A DNA stretch of 64,000 nt from Octopus sinensis. Lineage: Eukaryota. Below, piece by piece: positions 37,226 through 51,167 of the stretch. Both the position numbers and the translations under genes were made by a program. Location: the NCBI RefSeq assembly GCF_006345805.1, contig NC_043001.1:101556001-101620000 (forward strand), given 5' to 3'. The notes beneath the pieces were generated by a model. That model worked only from the letters and a program-made list of their open reading frames with translations. It was not told where the DNA came from and made no database searches. Position 1 is the first letter of the stretch; every line of letters starts with the position of its first letter.

Positions 37226-37777
37226 CAGCCATATTCATCTTTTGTTAAGCTGCACCACCCACCACCATTATCATCATCATCATCATCATTGTCGTCATTG
37301 TCCATTACACTTCTCTTACTGAAGCAATCAGTGGAATACTTTCACTTCTTTAATCCTGAATAAAACCCACATTTAAAACCCTCAAAAGTGCTTCGTTTCA
37401 TCCACCTGTTATTCATTCCTGGCCTCACCCCCAGATAACAAAGCTAAAACTGCAAGTGAAACTGAAATTATTTCTCTTCAGGGCCAGACAATACTTCAGC
37501 TTCTGCAAAATTCAAGTAAAACATGCTCACAAGGAAGTGTTGTTTCAATATCTAGAATGGTGCTGCTGACATCCAAACATACCAACAAGGCAACTTCCAG
37601 AAGAAGATCATCTGAAGGAATAGCAATAACTCACTAAAATCCCTGAACCCTCAAACATGTAATCTTTGGTTATTCTACCATGATTATGAGCCCTGTTCCT
37701 CTGAACATGCTAACTTCTTTTAAATTTACCTGACAAAACCTAAATAACTGAAATATATTAGGGTTATAGCTCAACTA

Positions 37778-37900
37778 ATGAGGAAGAGAATTTTCCTAGA
37801 TGAGATGCAATTTGGTTTTGTGCTACGGAGAAAAACCACTGATGCTATCTTCCATGTAAGGCAACTTCAGGAAAAATACTTGGCCAAAAATAAACCTCTT
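37778..37900 (+). mobile_element. RTE RT fragment
   Basis: LDEMQFGFVLRRKTTDAIFHVRQLQEKYLAKNKPL. Confidence 0.85.
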
Positions 37901-40320
37901 GTGTTTGTAGCAGAGCCACAAGCCCCTCAGTTTAACTCTTCCTTGACAAAGATCCTACCTTCTGAAATTCCTTTCCAAATCATATTTTTCTCAAACATTA
38001 TTCTAACATTAAGAACTATGCCATATTCAATTTCATCAGCAGGTGAAAATGAAATTATTTCTCTTGTTCATGTGAGAGGCCATGTTATGGACCAGTCAGC
38101 AACCAGACTTCATCTGAAAGATCATTCTAGATCCTTCTGGAATGTATCTGTACAAGGGTTATACGAAGGTTTGTTTTTGGCACCAATTTTCAGTATGTGA
38201 CAACCCATGGCCCACACTACATACTCCTGTCTCATTATAATAATCATTATAATGACTCTTGCTCCACCTGGATGTATCAATATAGTTGGCCAATATGAAT
38301 CTAATGTGCTCAGTTTCTCCTATTTTGGTATGATTCAGTACAAAGCCTTTGTTATCAACTATTTATGGATGCTGCCAATTTATTCTTTCAATTGTGTTGA
38401 CTTGTTGTGGAAGTTTTCTAATTCATGACCAGCCTCAGTATTTCTTGTGCAGTGAAATAAAAGTTACTACGAAATGTTTGTGAGGTGTTGTATCATTTAC
38501 GCTCAGCCTCACTCATACCACCTTTGCAACAGCTGTTTGGTGTATTATGTGGCTGTTTTGTTATTTAAGTGTTTCGTTATTCATGTTTTGAGATTTAAAC
38601 ATACTTATTTAAATGATGGAATCAAGCTTTGCAAATCTTATAATGGAGATGATATATTTTGCAGAAGCAGATTTGGTAAGAGCAACTGAAGAAAAGGTTT
38701 TTGAAATTTTTGTATTTTATAGTTTTCACTGAATCTTTTAAAGTTTAGTTAACCGCAGCTTTCAGGTGTCCTCTTTTCTCTTGAATTTCTTTATTAGAAT
38801 TGGTTGAGGAATTAAATGTTTATTGTGTACCATGTTTTTTAGCAAAACCTGATGTGGATGACATATACAGTGTTTTCTGTTGACATTCTAATATCATTTT
38901 CTCCTTCATTTTGGCCACTGTCGCTGATGTCTTGTGACGATAATGTAGTTGTCTATTATGGAATTCATGAGGAATTTGTCAAGTTTATTTGGCTCTTTAG
39001 TGTATTTCTGATGGTATCAGATTTCGTGTGAACTATTTGAACATAATTATAAGGTATTTCTGTGGACAGATGTCAACAATAAAACCTGCTCGTACCAGAA
39101 AATTTCATTAAACACTGCAATTAAAGGCACCAAATCAGTCACAATTTTGAAGATTCCTTAAACAAACTATCCAAAGAGAAGAATGCTATATCTTTGAGCT
39201 CCTCACTTGGTGGCCATATTAGTCAGATTCTAGTAGTGAATGGCACGCAATCACAACTCCATTTTCGCATATACTACAGCCATGTAGACAATGTATATGT
39301 TGTAATTAAGGAAATTACCCACTTAGATAAATTAAACATATTGTTAAAAAAAAACCAGTCAGAACTTCAACTCTTTCAGTGAAACAGACAAACACAATAA
39401 AACGATAAGTATCAACACATCCATTGCTGACACAAATAAACCAATCAACACACGCATACTCTAACATAAAAGTCAAATGAACTCATATTACAAAACTGTT
39501 GAAAGAGTTTTAAGGAGAATAAACAAAACACACAATGCACAAATACTAAACACAAATTAGATTTAATTGTCTACCATAAAAACTTAAAACTAGGACGTCC
39601 ACTTTTAAGTAATAACACATATAATAAAAGGAAACACAGCACCAACAATTACGACAAGCTTAATACCGTTGCTGCACGCAACCACAATACATTTAGCATC
39701 AGAACAATACTCTGTGCGTGCATGCACGTGTGTGTGTGTGTGTTATGTAATTAAAATTGTAGCAACCAATGTAGCTTGTGAACTTCATTTCTAACATGAT
39801 TGTTATAATTGTTGTGACATATCTTCTTACATTGGCAGAATGTGAAGGAGACTACGATGCATGTTTAAAAAGATATACATTGCGTATACACTTCTAAATA
39901 TATATATATTGAAGTAGAGATCCATAAATGGTGGATGTTAGAAGTCTTTGATGTATTATTTTAAGACATCATCTGAGGGGAAACAATGTAAATCAAAAAC
40001 TTCAGAATCAGATTTGAAGTTCTATTGTCACTAAAACATTTTCTTCAGATCAGCAAAAAAGACTACATGTTCACTTGACATATTAGAAATAGCTGCTAAA
40101 TGTCCTTCAAAGTACACCATACTGACTTAAAGTTTGGGTAGCATTGCTTCAATGCATTTAGCCGTTGCTCAGCTTGACCAGTAACTGGATAATGATTTGG
40201 ATCTAAACAGCATTAATTTTTCTTAGATCAGCCAAAAAGCAGTAAATGGGAATCAGATATTTTGAGCCTTTATCTAGAAATAAGGGACGGAATTTGGTAA
40301 GAATAAACTTTTGTATGGAT

Positions 40321-40363
<43 letters not shown>

Positions 40364-40639
40364 TGTATGACTCTATGTAGGTGATTATGTCCCTCTCTCA
40401 TTGCTTAAGGATCTGTGTTTATTTGTTCACAACCCTTCAACTTATTGGTTTAACAAAAAGCATCTAAAGGATAAGTACAAGACATACACACGCGCACACA
40501 CACACACATACACACACGTGCACGAACGTATACATATGCAATTTACAAGTAAATACACATATGTAACAGCATACCAGAATGCTATGACAACTAAATGAGT
40601 TTATTAGCAAATTTACAAACTTAGGAAAATGTATACATA

Positions 40640-42420
40640 ATGATGATGATGATGTATACGTATATACTTACATACAGATGTATGTGTGTATGTATGACAG
40701 TATGTGTGTATGTATGTATGTGTGTATGCATGCATGCATCTATATATGTATGTATGTATGTGTGTATGCATGTATGTATGTATGTATGTATGTATATGCA
40801 TGTATGTATGTATGTATATATGTATGTATGCATGTATGTATGTATGTATGTATGTATGTATGTATGTATGTATGTATGTATGCATGCATGTATGTGTGTA
40901 TGCATGTATGTATGTATGTATGTATGTATGCATGCATGTATGTGTGTATTATGTATATATGTAGGTATGTATGTATGCATGTATGTATGTATGTATGTGT
41001 GTATGCATGTATGTATGTGTGTATGTATGTATGTATGCATGCATGTATGTGTGTATGTATGTAGGTATGTATGTATGTATCATGTATGTATGTATGTATA
41101 TATGTACGTATGTATGTATGTATGTATGTATGCATGTATGTATGCATGTATGTATGTATGTATGTATGTATGTATGCATGTATGTATGTATGCATGTATG
41201 TATGTATATATGTATGTATGTATGCATGTATGTATGTATGTATATATGTACGTATGTATGTATGTATCTATGCATGTATGTATGTATGCATGTATGTATG
41301 TATGTATGTATGTATGTATGTATGTATGTATGTATGTATGTATGCATGCATGTATGTGTGTATGTATGTATGTATGTATGTATGTAGATATACATTGTAT
41401 GTATGTATGCATGTATGTATGTATGTGTGTGTATGTATGTGTGTATGCATGCATGCATCTATATATGTATGTATGTATGTGTGTATGCATGTATGTATGT
41501 ATGTATGTATGTATATGCATGTATGTATGTATGTATATATGTATGTATGCATGTATGTATGTATGTATGTATGTATGTATGTATGTATGTATGTATGTAT
41601 GCATGCATGTATGTGTGTATGCATGTATGTATGTATGTATGTATGTATGCATGCATGTATGTGTGTATTATGTATATATGTAGGTATGTATGTATGCATG
41701 TATGTATGTATGTGTGTATGCATGTATGTATGTGTGTATGTATGTATGTATGCATGCATGTATGTGTGTATGTATGTAGGTATGTATGTATGTATCATGT
41801 ATGTATGTATGTATATATGTACGTATGTATGTATGTATGTATGTATGCATGTATGTATGCATGTATGTATGTATGTATGTATGTATGTATGCATGTATGT
41901 ATGTATGCATGTATGTATGTATATATGTATGTATGTATGCATGTATGTATGTATGTATATATGTACGTATGTATGTATGTATCTATGCATGTATGTATGT
42001 ATGCATGTATGTATGTATGTATGTATGTATGTATGTATGTATGTATGTATGTATGTATGCATGCATGTATGTGTGTATGTATGTATGTATGTATGTATGT
42101 AGATATACATTGTATGTATGTATGCATGTATGTATGTATGTGTGTATGTATGTATGTATGTATATATGTACGTATGTATGTATGTATAATAAATAATAAT
42201 GAAATTATTGTATACATATTATACATACGTACGTACATATATACATACATACATACATACATACATGCATACATACATACATATATACATACATACATGC
42301 ATGTATGTATGTATGCATGTATGCATGTATGTATGTATGTATGTATGTATGTATGCATGTATGTATGTATGCATGTATGTATGCATGTATGTATGTGTGT
42401 ATGTATGTATGTACGTATGT
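40640..42420. repeat. (TATG)n satellite, about 1.8 kb, with a 715-719-bp higher-order duplication and a local inversion
   Basis: Rare markers recur at 40740/41459, 40948/41667, 41081/41796 and 41387/42102. A (CATA)n patch lies at about 42222-42298. Confidence 0.96.
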
Positions 42421-42689
42421 AGGGTGTGTAGACATTTTTTGATTGCTTTTCATCTGAAGCATAACCTTTTCCGAGTGAATCTAAAGCTAGAACAGGACCC
42501 ATACAGTCTGGCAGCAGTTTTCCTCTCCTGCTTCTGGTCAAAGAGTGGAATGTGTTGTTGATTTACCAATAATGTAATTCTTCCATTCACACTGAATCGA
42601 AATGTTTTATACGCAACAAATGTCAAACAAATTATCTTTCATTAAAAACTAATTACAAACAATTAAGTTATATAATTTTTTTCTTTTAT

Positions 42690-42890
42690 CTTTTATTTGT
42701 TTCAGTTATTAGACCGCGACCATGCTGTGGCACCACTTCCAAGTGTTTCTAGTCAACTGAATCAACTTATTTTTTAAAGCCTGGCTCCTACTCTATCAGT
42801 CTCTTTTGCCAAACCACTAGGTTACAGTAACATAAATAAACAAACACTGGCTGTTAAGCAATGGGGGGGTGGGCAAACACACACACACAA
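42690..42890 (-). mobile_element. SINE family B 3' half, diverged
   Basis: ttgtttcagttattagaccgcgaccatgctgtggcacc...ctctatcagtctcttttgccaaacc...ggcaaacacacac. Confidence 0.75.
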
Positions 42891-42995
42891 AGACACATAC
42901 ATATAGATTCACACACACGCATCCACACACCCACATACACACATTCAAACACACATACATATGTGCATGCACTCACACACACAAGCACAGATATG

Positions 42996-43735
42996 TGAGG
43001 TGTATTCCAGAAGTTTTGAAATTCTTTTAAGAAGATGCTGTTATAACTGTGTCCTAGATTATTCTAATTGTAGTATATCATTATCATTCGTCTAATAAGC
43101 TGACCTGCCAATCTTTGTTATTCCAGACTGAAGGAGACATCACTTTGGAACCCCACCACCACCACCAAATAAATACTGCTTGTCACAGCTGACTAGTTTG
43201 TAGAGTGCAGTCAACTGGAGCAAAAATTCTAGAGAAACTTATGAAATGATTCAGTCTGTGAAGCAAACATCTCTTTATCCCTTGGCACACAACAGGCCTA
43301 GCAGAGCAAGTCCACCAGGAAGTTCATGAGGATTCTCTTTCCTGACAGCAAGGACACCACCTACATCCACTGGCTTCCTTTCTGGCCAGGCGGTCAACAG
43401 AGAGTACTCTGTGGAGGTTTTGAAGGAGTGTAGAAAGAGATTCCATCATGAAAGGTGAGAGTCCCTTCACCAGGACAATGCACCCAGTCCACACTTTCAT
43501 CCTGGCAATCAACAGCAGAGATGGACATCAAAACGGTTCCTTGCCCTCCCTACTACAGTCCAGACTCTGTTCCCTCTGATGTTTGGTTGTTCCTCAAACT
43601 GAAAGAGAAGATGAAGAGGCTCTTGGACACCTTCACTTTGAAAGACATTCATGGGGCCCTTAACAAAGTGGTTGGAGTGCTACTACAAGGGCAATGAAGT
43701 CAAAGGATCCGACTTTGAACAAGATTACAGTTTCG
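42996..43735 (+). mobile_element. Mariner transposase remnant
   Basis: KNSRETYEMIQ; IHWLPSGQAVNREYSVEVLK; LHQDNAP; MDIKTVPCPPYYSPDSVPSDVWLFLKLKEK. These match the mariner HDNA.PH and YSPDLAP.D motifs. Frameshifted and deleted. Confidence 0.8.
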
Positions 43736-44194
43736 AACTTCTTTGAAATTAATAAATGTGTGTGTGTGTGTGTGTACACGCACGTGCATCATCATTGCCA
43801 TACTTATTTTACTGCTGCCACTCTTCATACTGGTACGGGTTGGACAGTTTAACAAGATCAGACTAGTTGGGGGCTCACTTTTGGTTCCAGTGTCTCAACA
43901 TGGGCTTGGTGTGTCCTCTTTAATACCACCCACTTTACACAATGCACTAGGTGCATTTTCCATTGCACCAACACAACCAAAGTTGTCTTGCTATGTTTTC
44001 CCAGACCCATCAACACAGGTAAGGCTGCTTTGCATTTCAGAAGGTGAAAGAGCCTCAATGATTGAAAAGGAGATAAAGGGAGACAGAGAGAAAGAGAGAG
44101 AGAGAGAACTTTGAAAGGGATGTTGATTGAAACTGTAGCATGATGATGGGGGGGGGGGTATTGAGTGCCTATGTATGTATGTATACATACACAT

Positions 44195-44227
<33 letters not shown>

Positions 44228-45459
44228 CACATGCATATATGGGTACAGGATGTTACCAACAGTGCAAATAACATGAAATACATAAACACAGAGAAATGAC
44301 CCTTCATCAGTTGTCAAATGTCTATCTACTCCTCATTTCATGCATTCAGCGACTATATGAGTCTTCAAAGACAGTTGCTCCCATAAATTCCAAAATAAAA
44401 TTTTGTATTTATGGAGAGTCAAAGCTGGGAACAAAAACCGAACAGTGGAGACATACAGGGAAACTGAATGAAAACAAACATGGAGGGTCGTTAGACCAGA
44501 ACGAGAGAGAAATAGTAAACACTGGGAAAAACATTTTTATTCACATACACATACATTTAGTCATTCTGCTAAAAAAATTCTTCAAGGAAGTGCTCTAGCA
44601 TGGCCAAAATCTAAGGAGAAAAACAAATAAAGGATAAAAGATAATATATATTTGAAAATATACGCATATGAATATATCATATTTGCCAAGAGACTTACAC
44701 ACACACACACACACACACATTTGCATAGATTTGCAGAGGTTTTCTAACTCCTACAAAAATATTTCATAATATCAGAACAAATACATGAAACAAACAGTAT
44801 TTCATTCCAAAAGTTTCAGCTATGAAAACTTCCTTCATTAGCAACGATAAATTCACATATTTCCCGATGACATTCAACAAAGAGAACTGAATATGCCAAG
44901 TTAGCGAAGCGTATAAAATCATATGTTAATTCATCTTCCCCGAATCAAACCATTGTGTTGGTGTTGAACAAGCTCCGATAACAATTACAGCCGAGCATAA
45001 CGTCTGCGCTACTTGCTGACCTTCAACATTCAATCATTAACTGAACCTTGCTAATTCAGTGATCCAAAATTCTAATGAAAAACCACTCATGAGGAAAAAC
45101 AAACACAAGAAAACCGTTTGGCCCATTACAAGAGATTTTGTTTGGAGAATGGATGAGGCAAGTGATTCCAGTTCTGTGTAGGTTACACGTCTTTTATTCA
45201 AAGTTCTTGTTATGCTCTTAGGCATATCTTTATTGTCATGCAGTAGAATTTCATGACATGCGATGTTCGTTACTTAACTGTCAGCGTTATCTTCGACATT
45301 AAACGTTGCTCAAGAGTATCGGTCACTTTCCCATCTGCACCACCACTCACTCACAGAACTCGCTCTAATCCAATTACTTTCGTATGTTCTTGGAATGATT
45401 CTGGTGCTAGTGGTGTCATTATCTTTGTCGTCATTGTCATCATGTTAATTCATCCTCAC

Positions 45460-46075
45460 CACCACTACAACCAACACCACCACCACAACCACCACCACCA
45501 CCACCACACTCACAACTACCACCAACACCAACACCACCACAACCACCACCACCACCACACTCACAACTACCACCAACACCACCACAACTACCACAACCAC
45601 CACCACCACCACCACCACCACAACCACAACAACCACCACCACCACCACCACCGCCACCACCATCACCACCACTACCACAACCACCACCACAACCACAACC
45701 ACCACCACCACCACCACCGCCACCACCATCATCGTTACTATCATTATATTCCTACTCATTTTCATCATTGTCACCGTCTTTGTCACCATCATCATTTTAA
45801 TCATCATCTCATTCATTCATCACCCTCATTATCACCATAATCCTCATGTTCAATCCTCCTCCTCCTCATCATCATCATCATATCCACTCATTTATTATCC
45901 GCTTTATCATTATTAGCATCAGCATTGCCATAATGATGATGATCATCATCATTATCAATATCATCATCAGCTGATGGCATTGTCCCAATCCCCAACCGTT
46001 CCGCCTCCCCCTGCTCCTCTTCTTCACTGTCACCAGCATCATCACGAAACATCATGAAACATCATGAAACACATC
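45460..46075. repeat. (CAC/CAA)n and degenerate (CAT)n tracts
   Basis: Direct reading. These produce the poly-His and poly-Val ORFs. Confidence 0.93.
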
Positions 46076-46077
46076 AT

Positions 46078-46313
46078 GGAGCTGGCAGAATCATTGTCAC
46101 GCCAGGCAAAATATTTGCTGGCATTTTGTCCGTCTTTAAATCCCAAGTTCAAATTCCACCAAGGTTGACTTAGCCTGTCATCCCTTTCAGAATCAATTAA
46201 ATAAGTACGAATTTTGTTCTGGGAGGTTGGGGGCTATTGGGAGGAGGGGAGGTCGATGTAATCAACTTAATCTCTCTTCTGAAATTGCTGGCCTTGTGCC
46301 AAAATTTGAAACC
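46078..46313 (+). mobile_element. SINE family A
   Basis: gagctggcagaatcattg...gttcaaattccaccaagg...gctggccttgtgccaaaatttgaaacc. Confidence 0.8.
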
Positions 46314-46319
46314 ATTCTG

Positions 46320-46690
46320 GTATGTAAAGAGCACCATTCAAGTGTGGTCAATGCCAGTGCCGCCTGACTGGCTCCCATGCCAGTGGCACATAAAAAAGCA
46401 CCCACTACACTCTCGGTGTGGTTGGCGTTAGAAAGGGCATCCAGCTGTAGAAACTCTGCCAGTTCAGACTGGGGAGGTAAACAAAACAACACCATTTGTC
46501 AAGCAGTCGTTGGGGACAAACACACACACACATAAGCTAGAGGCTTCTTTTCAGTTTCTGTCTACCAAATCCACTCACAAGGCTTTGGTCAGCCCTGGGC
46601 TCTAGTAGAAGACTCTTGCCCCAAGGTGCCATGCAGTGGGACTGAACATGTACTTTGGAAGCAAACGTCTTACCATGCAGCAACCCCTGT
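46320..46690. mobile_element. Family C fragment (+, 46320-46470) abutting a family B fragment (-, 46495-46690)
   Basis: ggttggcgttagaaagggcatccagctgtagaaac, then ggcttcttttcagtttctgtctaccaaatccactcacaagg...catgcagtgggactgaac. Confidence 0.75.
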
Positions 46691-47582
46691 GCCTCTTGGT
46701 CTGCTGTTGTTAAATTAAATACCAGTAATATATTGGGTTCCATGTAAATGACTCAGCTAATCCACTCCCCAACCCCTTACAAGTACCATGGCTAAGAGGG
46801 AGAAATTCACATTAAAAATGCTCACATCTTCACTAAAACACTTCTCTTTCTTCTATTGATGATGATGATGATGATGGTGGTGAAGAGGAGGAGGAGGAGG
46901 ACGACGAGGAGGACGAGGAGGAGGACGAGGAGGAGGATTTGTTCATCATTACTGACATCATCATCAGCAGCAGTAGTATCATTTTCAACTTCATCACAAT
47001 TAATACCACCACCATCCCCATCATCATCATCATGGCCATCGCCATCATCTTCATCGTCATCATCGTCGTCGTCATCATCATCATCATCGTCATCATCATC
47101 ACTCATACTCAGTACCATTAGTACCATGAGTTAGTAGCAGGCAGTGACAGAAATAGTAGTCGTGGTATCAAATCGCCGTCGTTATCATTCTTTCATTTCC
47201 GTTCATCAGAACCGGATTAAATGCCTCGATGTCCATGGATTTGATGAGCCTGCTAATATGTGTTCCCTCGTAAATTGGTAGGAACTAGTGTGAAAGAGAG
47301 AAGGGTGGATATACGGTGGGGTGAGAAGTTGAGAGAGATTAAGAGGAGGGGAGAGAAGTAAGAAAGAGAGAGAGAGAGAGAATGCAGCCCTGGTTTGGCA
47401 CTTTCCATCAAAAGATTAAAAATATTATCTTCATATTGATGTTACCAATTTTACTTGACAGAAACGTTGGCAGGATGTAAACATGGAGTGAGCTGGAGAC
47501 TGAACACTTATGTTTGCTTCACTTTTCCTTCGTATCTCTGTCAAATTATCTCACAGTCTATCTATCTATCTATCTATCTATC

Positions 47583-47614
<32 letters not shown>

Positions 47615-47669
47615 ATATATATATCTATCTATCTATCTATATATATCTATCTATCTATCTATCTATCTA

Positions 47670-47733
<64 letters not shown>

Positions 47734-47751
47734 CATCCATCCATCTATCTA

Positions 47752-47783
<32 letters not shown>

Positions 47784-48689
47784 CCTGTCTGTCAATTTGT
47801 ACAATCAGAGTCAACGGTTAGTAACCGATACCACTGAGGACAGATCATTGATTGTAAAACCCATCACTTCCTCACAGCATCTTGATAACAAATGGGAGTA
47901 TAGAAAGCAGCCTAATGGGAGCAGCACAACAACTCTTATACTACGATGCAAAAACGTTCAGCCTTTGTCCAGACTTGTTGGTTCCACTTCAGTCTCATTA
48001 GGCGCAAAACGATTACCAAAGATGATGATGTACATTTATGTAAATAATATATGCATAAAAAACCAGACACACACACACACACACGTATGTGTGTGTGTGT
48101 ATAATAAAACAAGATATAGTATAAAACATATATGGAAGATTTTCTGGCAAGGTTGAGTCAGGTTTTCCATGCACTGTTTACTTAACCACTTCTCAAATCA
48201 TTTCCAAGTGCAACCAAATGCACCACTAAGCATCTCATGTTGAAAAGATCCTGACATCCTGAGGTATTCTTTTTTAAGTTCCTCATAATATCTTAATTTT
48301 AATTTTACAAATACCTTATCCTTTGGGTGTTGTTTATATTCTGAACATGACTGTTTATGTAATATTATCGTTTGTTCAGAGACCATAGATGCCTAATTTT
48401 GTCAAGCAACTCGTTGTTTGATTTTCGAATCCATTGATTTCCCATCGTTATTTTCTTTAAAAGAAAATTTTCACCCTCAAACCGTATCATTTTGTGATTT
48501 TTTATTCCTTTTTCCATTCATAGCTTTGTTTACAATTATTTCTTCCTCATAGCACAATGAAGATGTTATACTGTTAGGACTGTTTTTATCCATTTATTTG
48601 TGATACTGGGGTTTAGGCTAATAGTCTTCTGGAAATTGGAGTTCTTTTTGTTGTTGCCATTAATATTGATTATTTTAATTGTTTTCTTC

Positions 48690-49060
48690 CTCGATTTAGC
48701 TTTTCCGTTCTTCAGGACAGTCAACACTAGAGTGTGTTTTACTCTGACAAACAAAAAATCTACGCTTTCTGCTCTCTACCTCGACACCTTCAACTAGGCA
48801 CAGTTCAGAATTTATTTTATGGCACTCAGATTCATTAGGTATGACTTGCAAGACCATTTTGATGTCCCCTGACCAAAAACCATCCTTCATTTAAGTATTT
48901 AGACCACTTTCCTATACCGCAATACAAAATGTCACAACTAGCCATGGATTGAATTTGTTTCCAATGTCTCTTGTGTTTCTTTGACGCATAACATGATACA
49001 ATCGTTGAGTCAAAGGTTTGTCTAACAATTTCAATCAGTGCTCTGACTGTGTTTCAATGT
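48690..49060 (-). mobile_element. Possible decayed retroelement ORF1/gag with a zinc knuckle
   Basis: RRFFVCQSKTHSSVDCP fits CX2CX4HX4C if the first Cys became Phe (TGT>TTT). An upstream frameshifted stretch of about 70 codons is open. Confidence 0.35.
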
Positions 49061-50089
49061 TAAGGATTCAGTAAATAGTGCTATAGCATTTGCCTTTTTC
49101 ATTTGAAATAATTTCTCTTGTTCTGGAAGGCTTCTTGTACTACTTGGCGTAAGGAGAAATACAACTTCTGTTTTTTTCGTAATACATATATGAGCGGTAT
49201 ATAATTTTTCTTATTGCTCTCTCGTGGATTATTTCCTGTGGCAAAAATAAAATTCTGTTGGGTTATTTATATAGCAAAAGATCTGAGTGTACAAGTTCGG
49301 TGCGATTATACACGTACATATTTCATTCAACCCTGCTTCGTGTACTTCCAGTTAATTAATTTTAGCTTAGATAAGCTTTACACACATTAGCAAATATACG
49401 ATTTGCTGTTCCTATATAAACAACCGTTCTTACAGGTCTGTGAACGACTGATTCGGTATTCGTAGCTCATCAAAAGTAACGACGCAGAAACGTATGCATC
49501 CTATGATCCGTCATTCACAGCCCATTGGTTTGTTTTGGCACATATTGTCTATGAGGAGAACTTTCTCCAAAGACTATTTCCATAGCAAAAGAACTTCTCG
49601 AGGCCGAGTGTACACGAACATGTCAAATATGTGCATACGTCTCATCTACATTTCATGTCCTGAAAATGTGATAAACCCCAAAATTCTGTCTGCTCATTTA
49701 GTGTTGAGGATAGGTTTGGTTCAACACAGCTACAGTATGAACGAACCGCAATATCTGGAATCAAGTAAGAGCTGCTACTGGCTTTTCTTGTTATCTTCCA
49801 AATGACATTTTTTTGTAAATTTGCCACATTTTCTCTATTAAATTACTCACTAAAGCGGTCTTTCGGGTGCTTATGTGGAGGGGGGTGGAAGAGGGCAGGT
49901 GCTTGAAGTTGTTAATTTAGTTATTGTTGAACACAGAGGTTCGTGGATGTACGATGCATACGCTTAGATACACAGATATCTAAGCACAAATTCATAGTTA
50001 TTCATTTTCAAACACATACATATATATATACATATATGTGTATATCTATCTATCTACGTATGTGTGTGTGTCTATATATATATATAGGG

Positions 50090-50250
50090 AGAATTCACGA
50101 AAAAAACAAAAGGCGAAGACAGGTGGTGTAAAAAATAAACAGATGTATTAGTATAACGCTCAGGAATAGAAAAAGTATTTTACGTTTCGAGCCTGCGCTC
50201 TTCCACAGAAAGGAACACAGAAAAAGACAAGGAGAGAAAAAAATGTGTGT
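50090..50250 (-). mobile_element. Short repeat carrying a variant HHR-like motif (family shared with 60545-60640)
   Basis: Minus strand: gtgttcctttCTGTGGAagagcgcaggctcGAAACGTAaaat. Flanks are homologous to the 60545-60640 copy. Confidence 0.55.
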
Positions 50251-50748
50251 AGTGGCTACCGATCTATCATATATTCTGGGCTATCAATGTTGCCGGATTC
50301 CATACAAATACCCAAATTCTTCAGGTGCAGAAAATTCTGGTTTCGTGATAGTAAAACCGTTGTTTGGGTTTAGCGAAGATTTAAAGTATAATCCAAATAA
50401 TATGACAAAGAAATACATTAACTCATCTTTAATGATTCGTTACAATTGTTTCGGTACCAACTCTGCTTGCAACACAAGTTTATGCAATATTCGAGGAAAA
50501 AATTTAATATTTGCAGTTTTAGGCATTAAAGTGGCATTTCACCAGACTTGCACCAAAGGTGCGCTCTTACATTGTGCGTCTTCCAGGTATTGCTTTTTTT
50601 TTGTTTTTTGTTTTTTGTTTTTGGGAAGGGAGGGTTTGCGTAAATCGGGAGAAAACAAAAAGTAAATAAAGTATGCATAGGGAATGAATGATTAATATAG
50701 AGATCGTTTTTTTTTTCTTTCTCTTCATCCTCCTCACATACTCTTTTT

Positions 50749-50954
50749 CTCTTTTACTCTTTTACTTGTTTCAGTCATTTGACTACGGCCATGCTGGAGC
50801 ACCGCCTTTAATCGAGCAACTCGACCCCGGGACTTATTCTTTTGTAAGCCCAGTACTTATTCTATCGGTCTCTTTTGCCGAACCGCTAAGTGACGGGGAC
50901 GTAAACACACCAGCATCGGTTGTCAAGCAATGCTAGGGGGACAAACACAGACAA

Positions 50955-50997
<43 letters not shown>

Positions 50998-51167
50998 CAT
51001 ATATACGACAGGCTTCTTTCAGTTTCCGTCTACCAAATCCACTCACAAGGCATTGGTCGGCCCGGGGCTATAGCAGAAGACACTTGCCCAAGATGCCACG
51101 CAGTGGGACTGAACCCGGAACCATGTGGTTGGTTAGCAAGCTACTTACCACACAGCCACTCCTGCAC
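50749..51167 (-). mobile_element. SINE family B, young, full length
   Basis: Reverse complement of 59081-59480 with few differences. Confidence 0.93.

Noticed and set aside
38050-38200. CR1/L2-like RT fragment (QKDLE…WS..W)
   Set aside because: It is too short and stop-ridden to support a call.
40613-42561. Many long ORFs (up to 347 aa) of MYVC/HTYI repeats
   Set aside because: They are translations of the (TATG)n satellite, which lacks stops in most frames. There is no domain content.
44270-44400. Possible HHR on the minus strand (ttgaaga…gaaat…, then caactgatgaaggg)
   Set aside because: The order and pairing of the elements do not give a consistent fold. At most it is a heavily decayed relic.
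45253-45840. 195-aa His-rich ORF
   Set aside because: The His run is a (CAC/CAA)n tract, and the remainder shows no recognisable domain.
46822-47127. ORF resembling a type I membrane protein (acidic ectodomain, hydrophobic helix, RRKR)
   Set aside because: It is built entirely from (GAT)n, (CTC)n and (ATC)n microsatellites. The topology is most likely coincidental, and no splice or homology support was seen.
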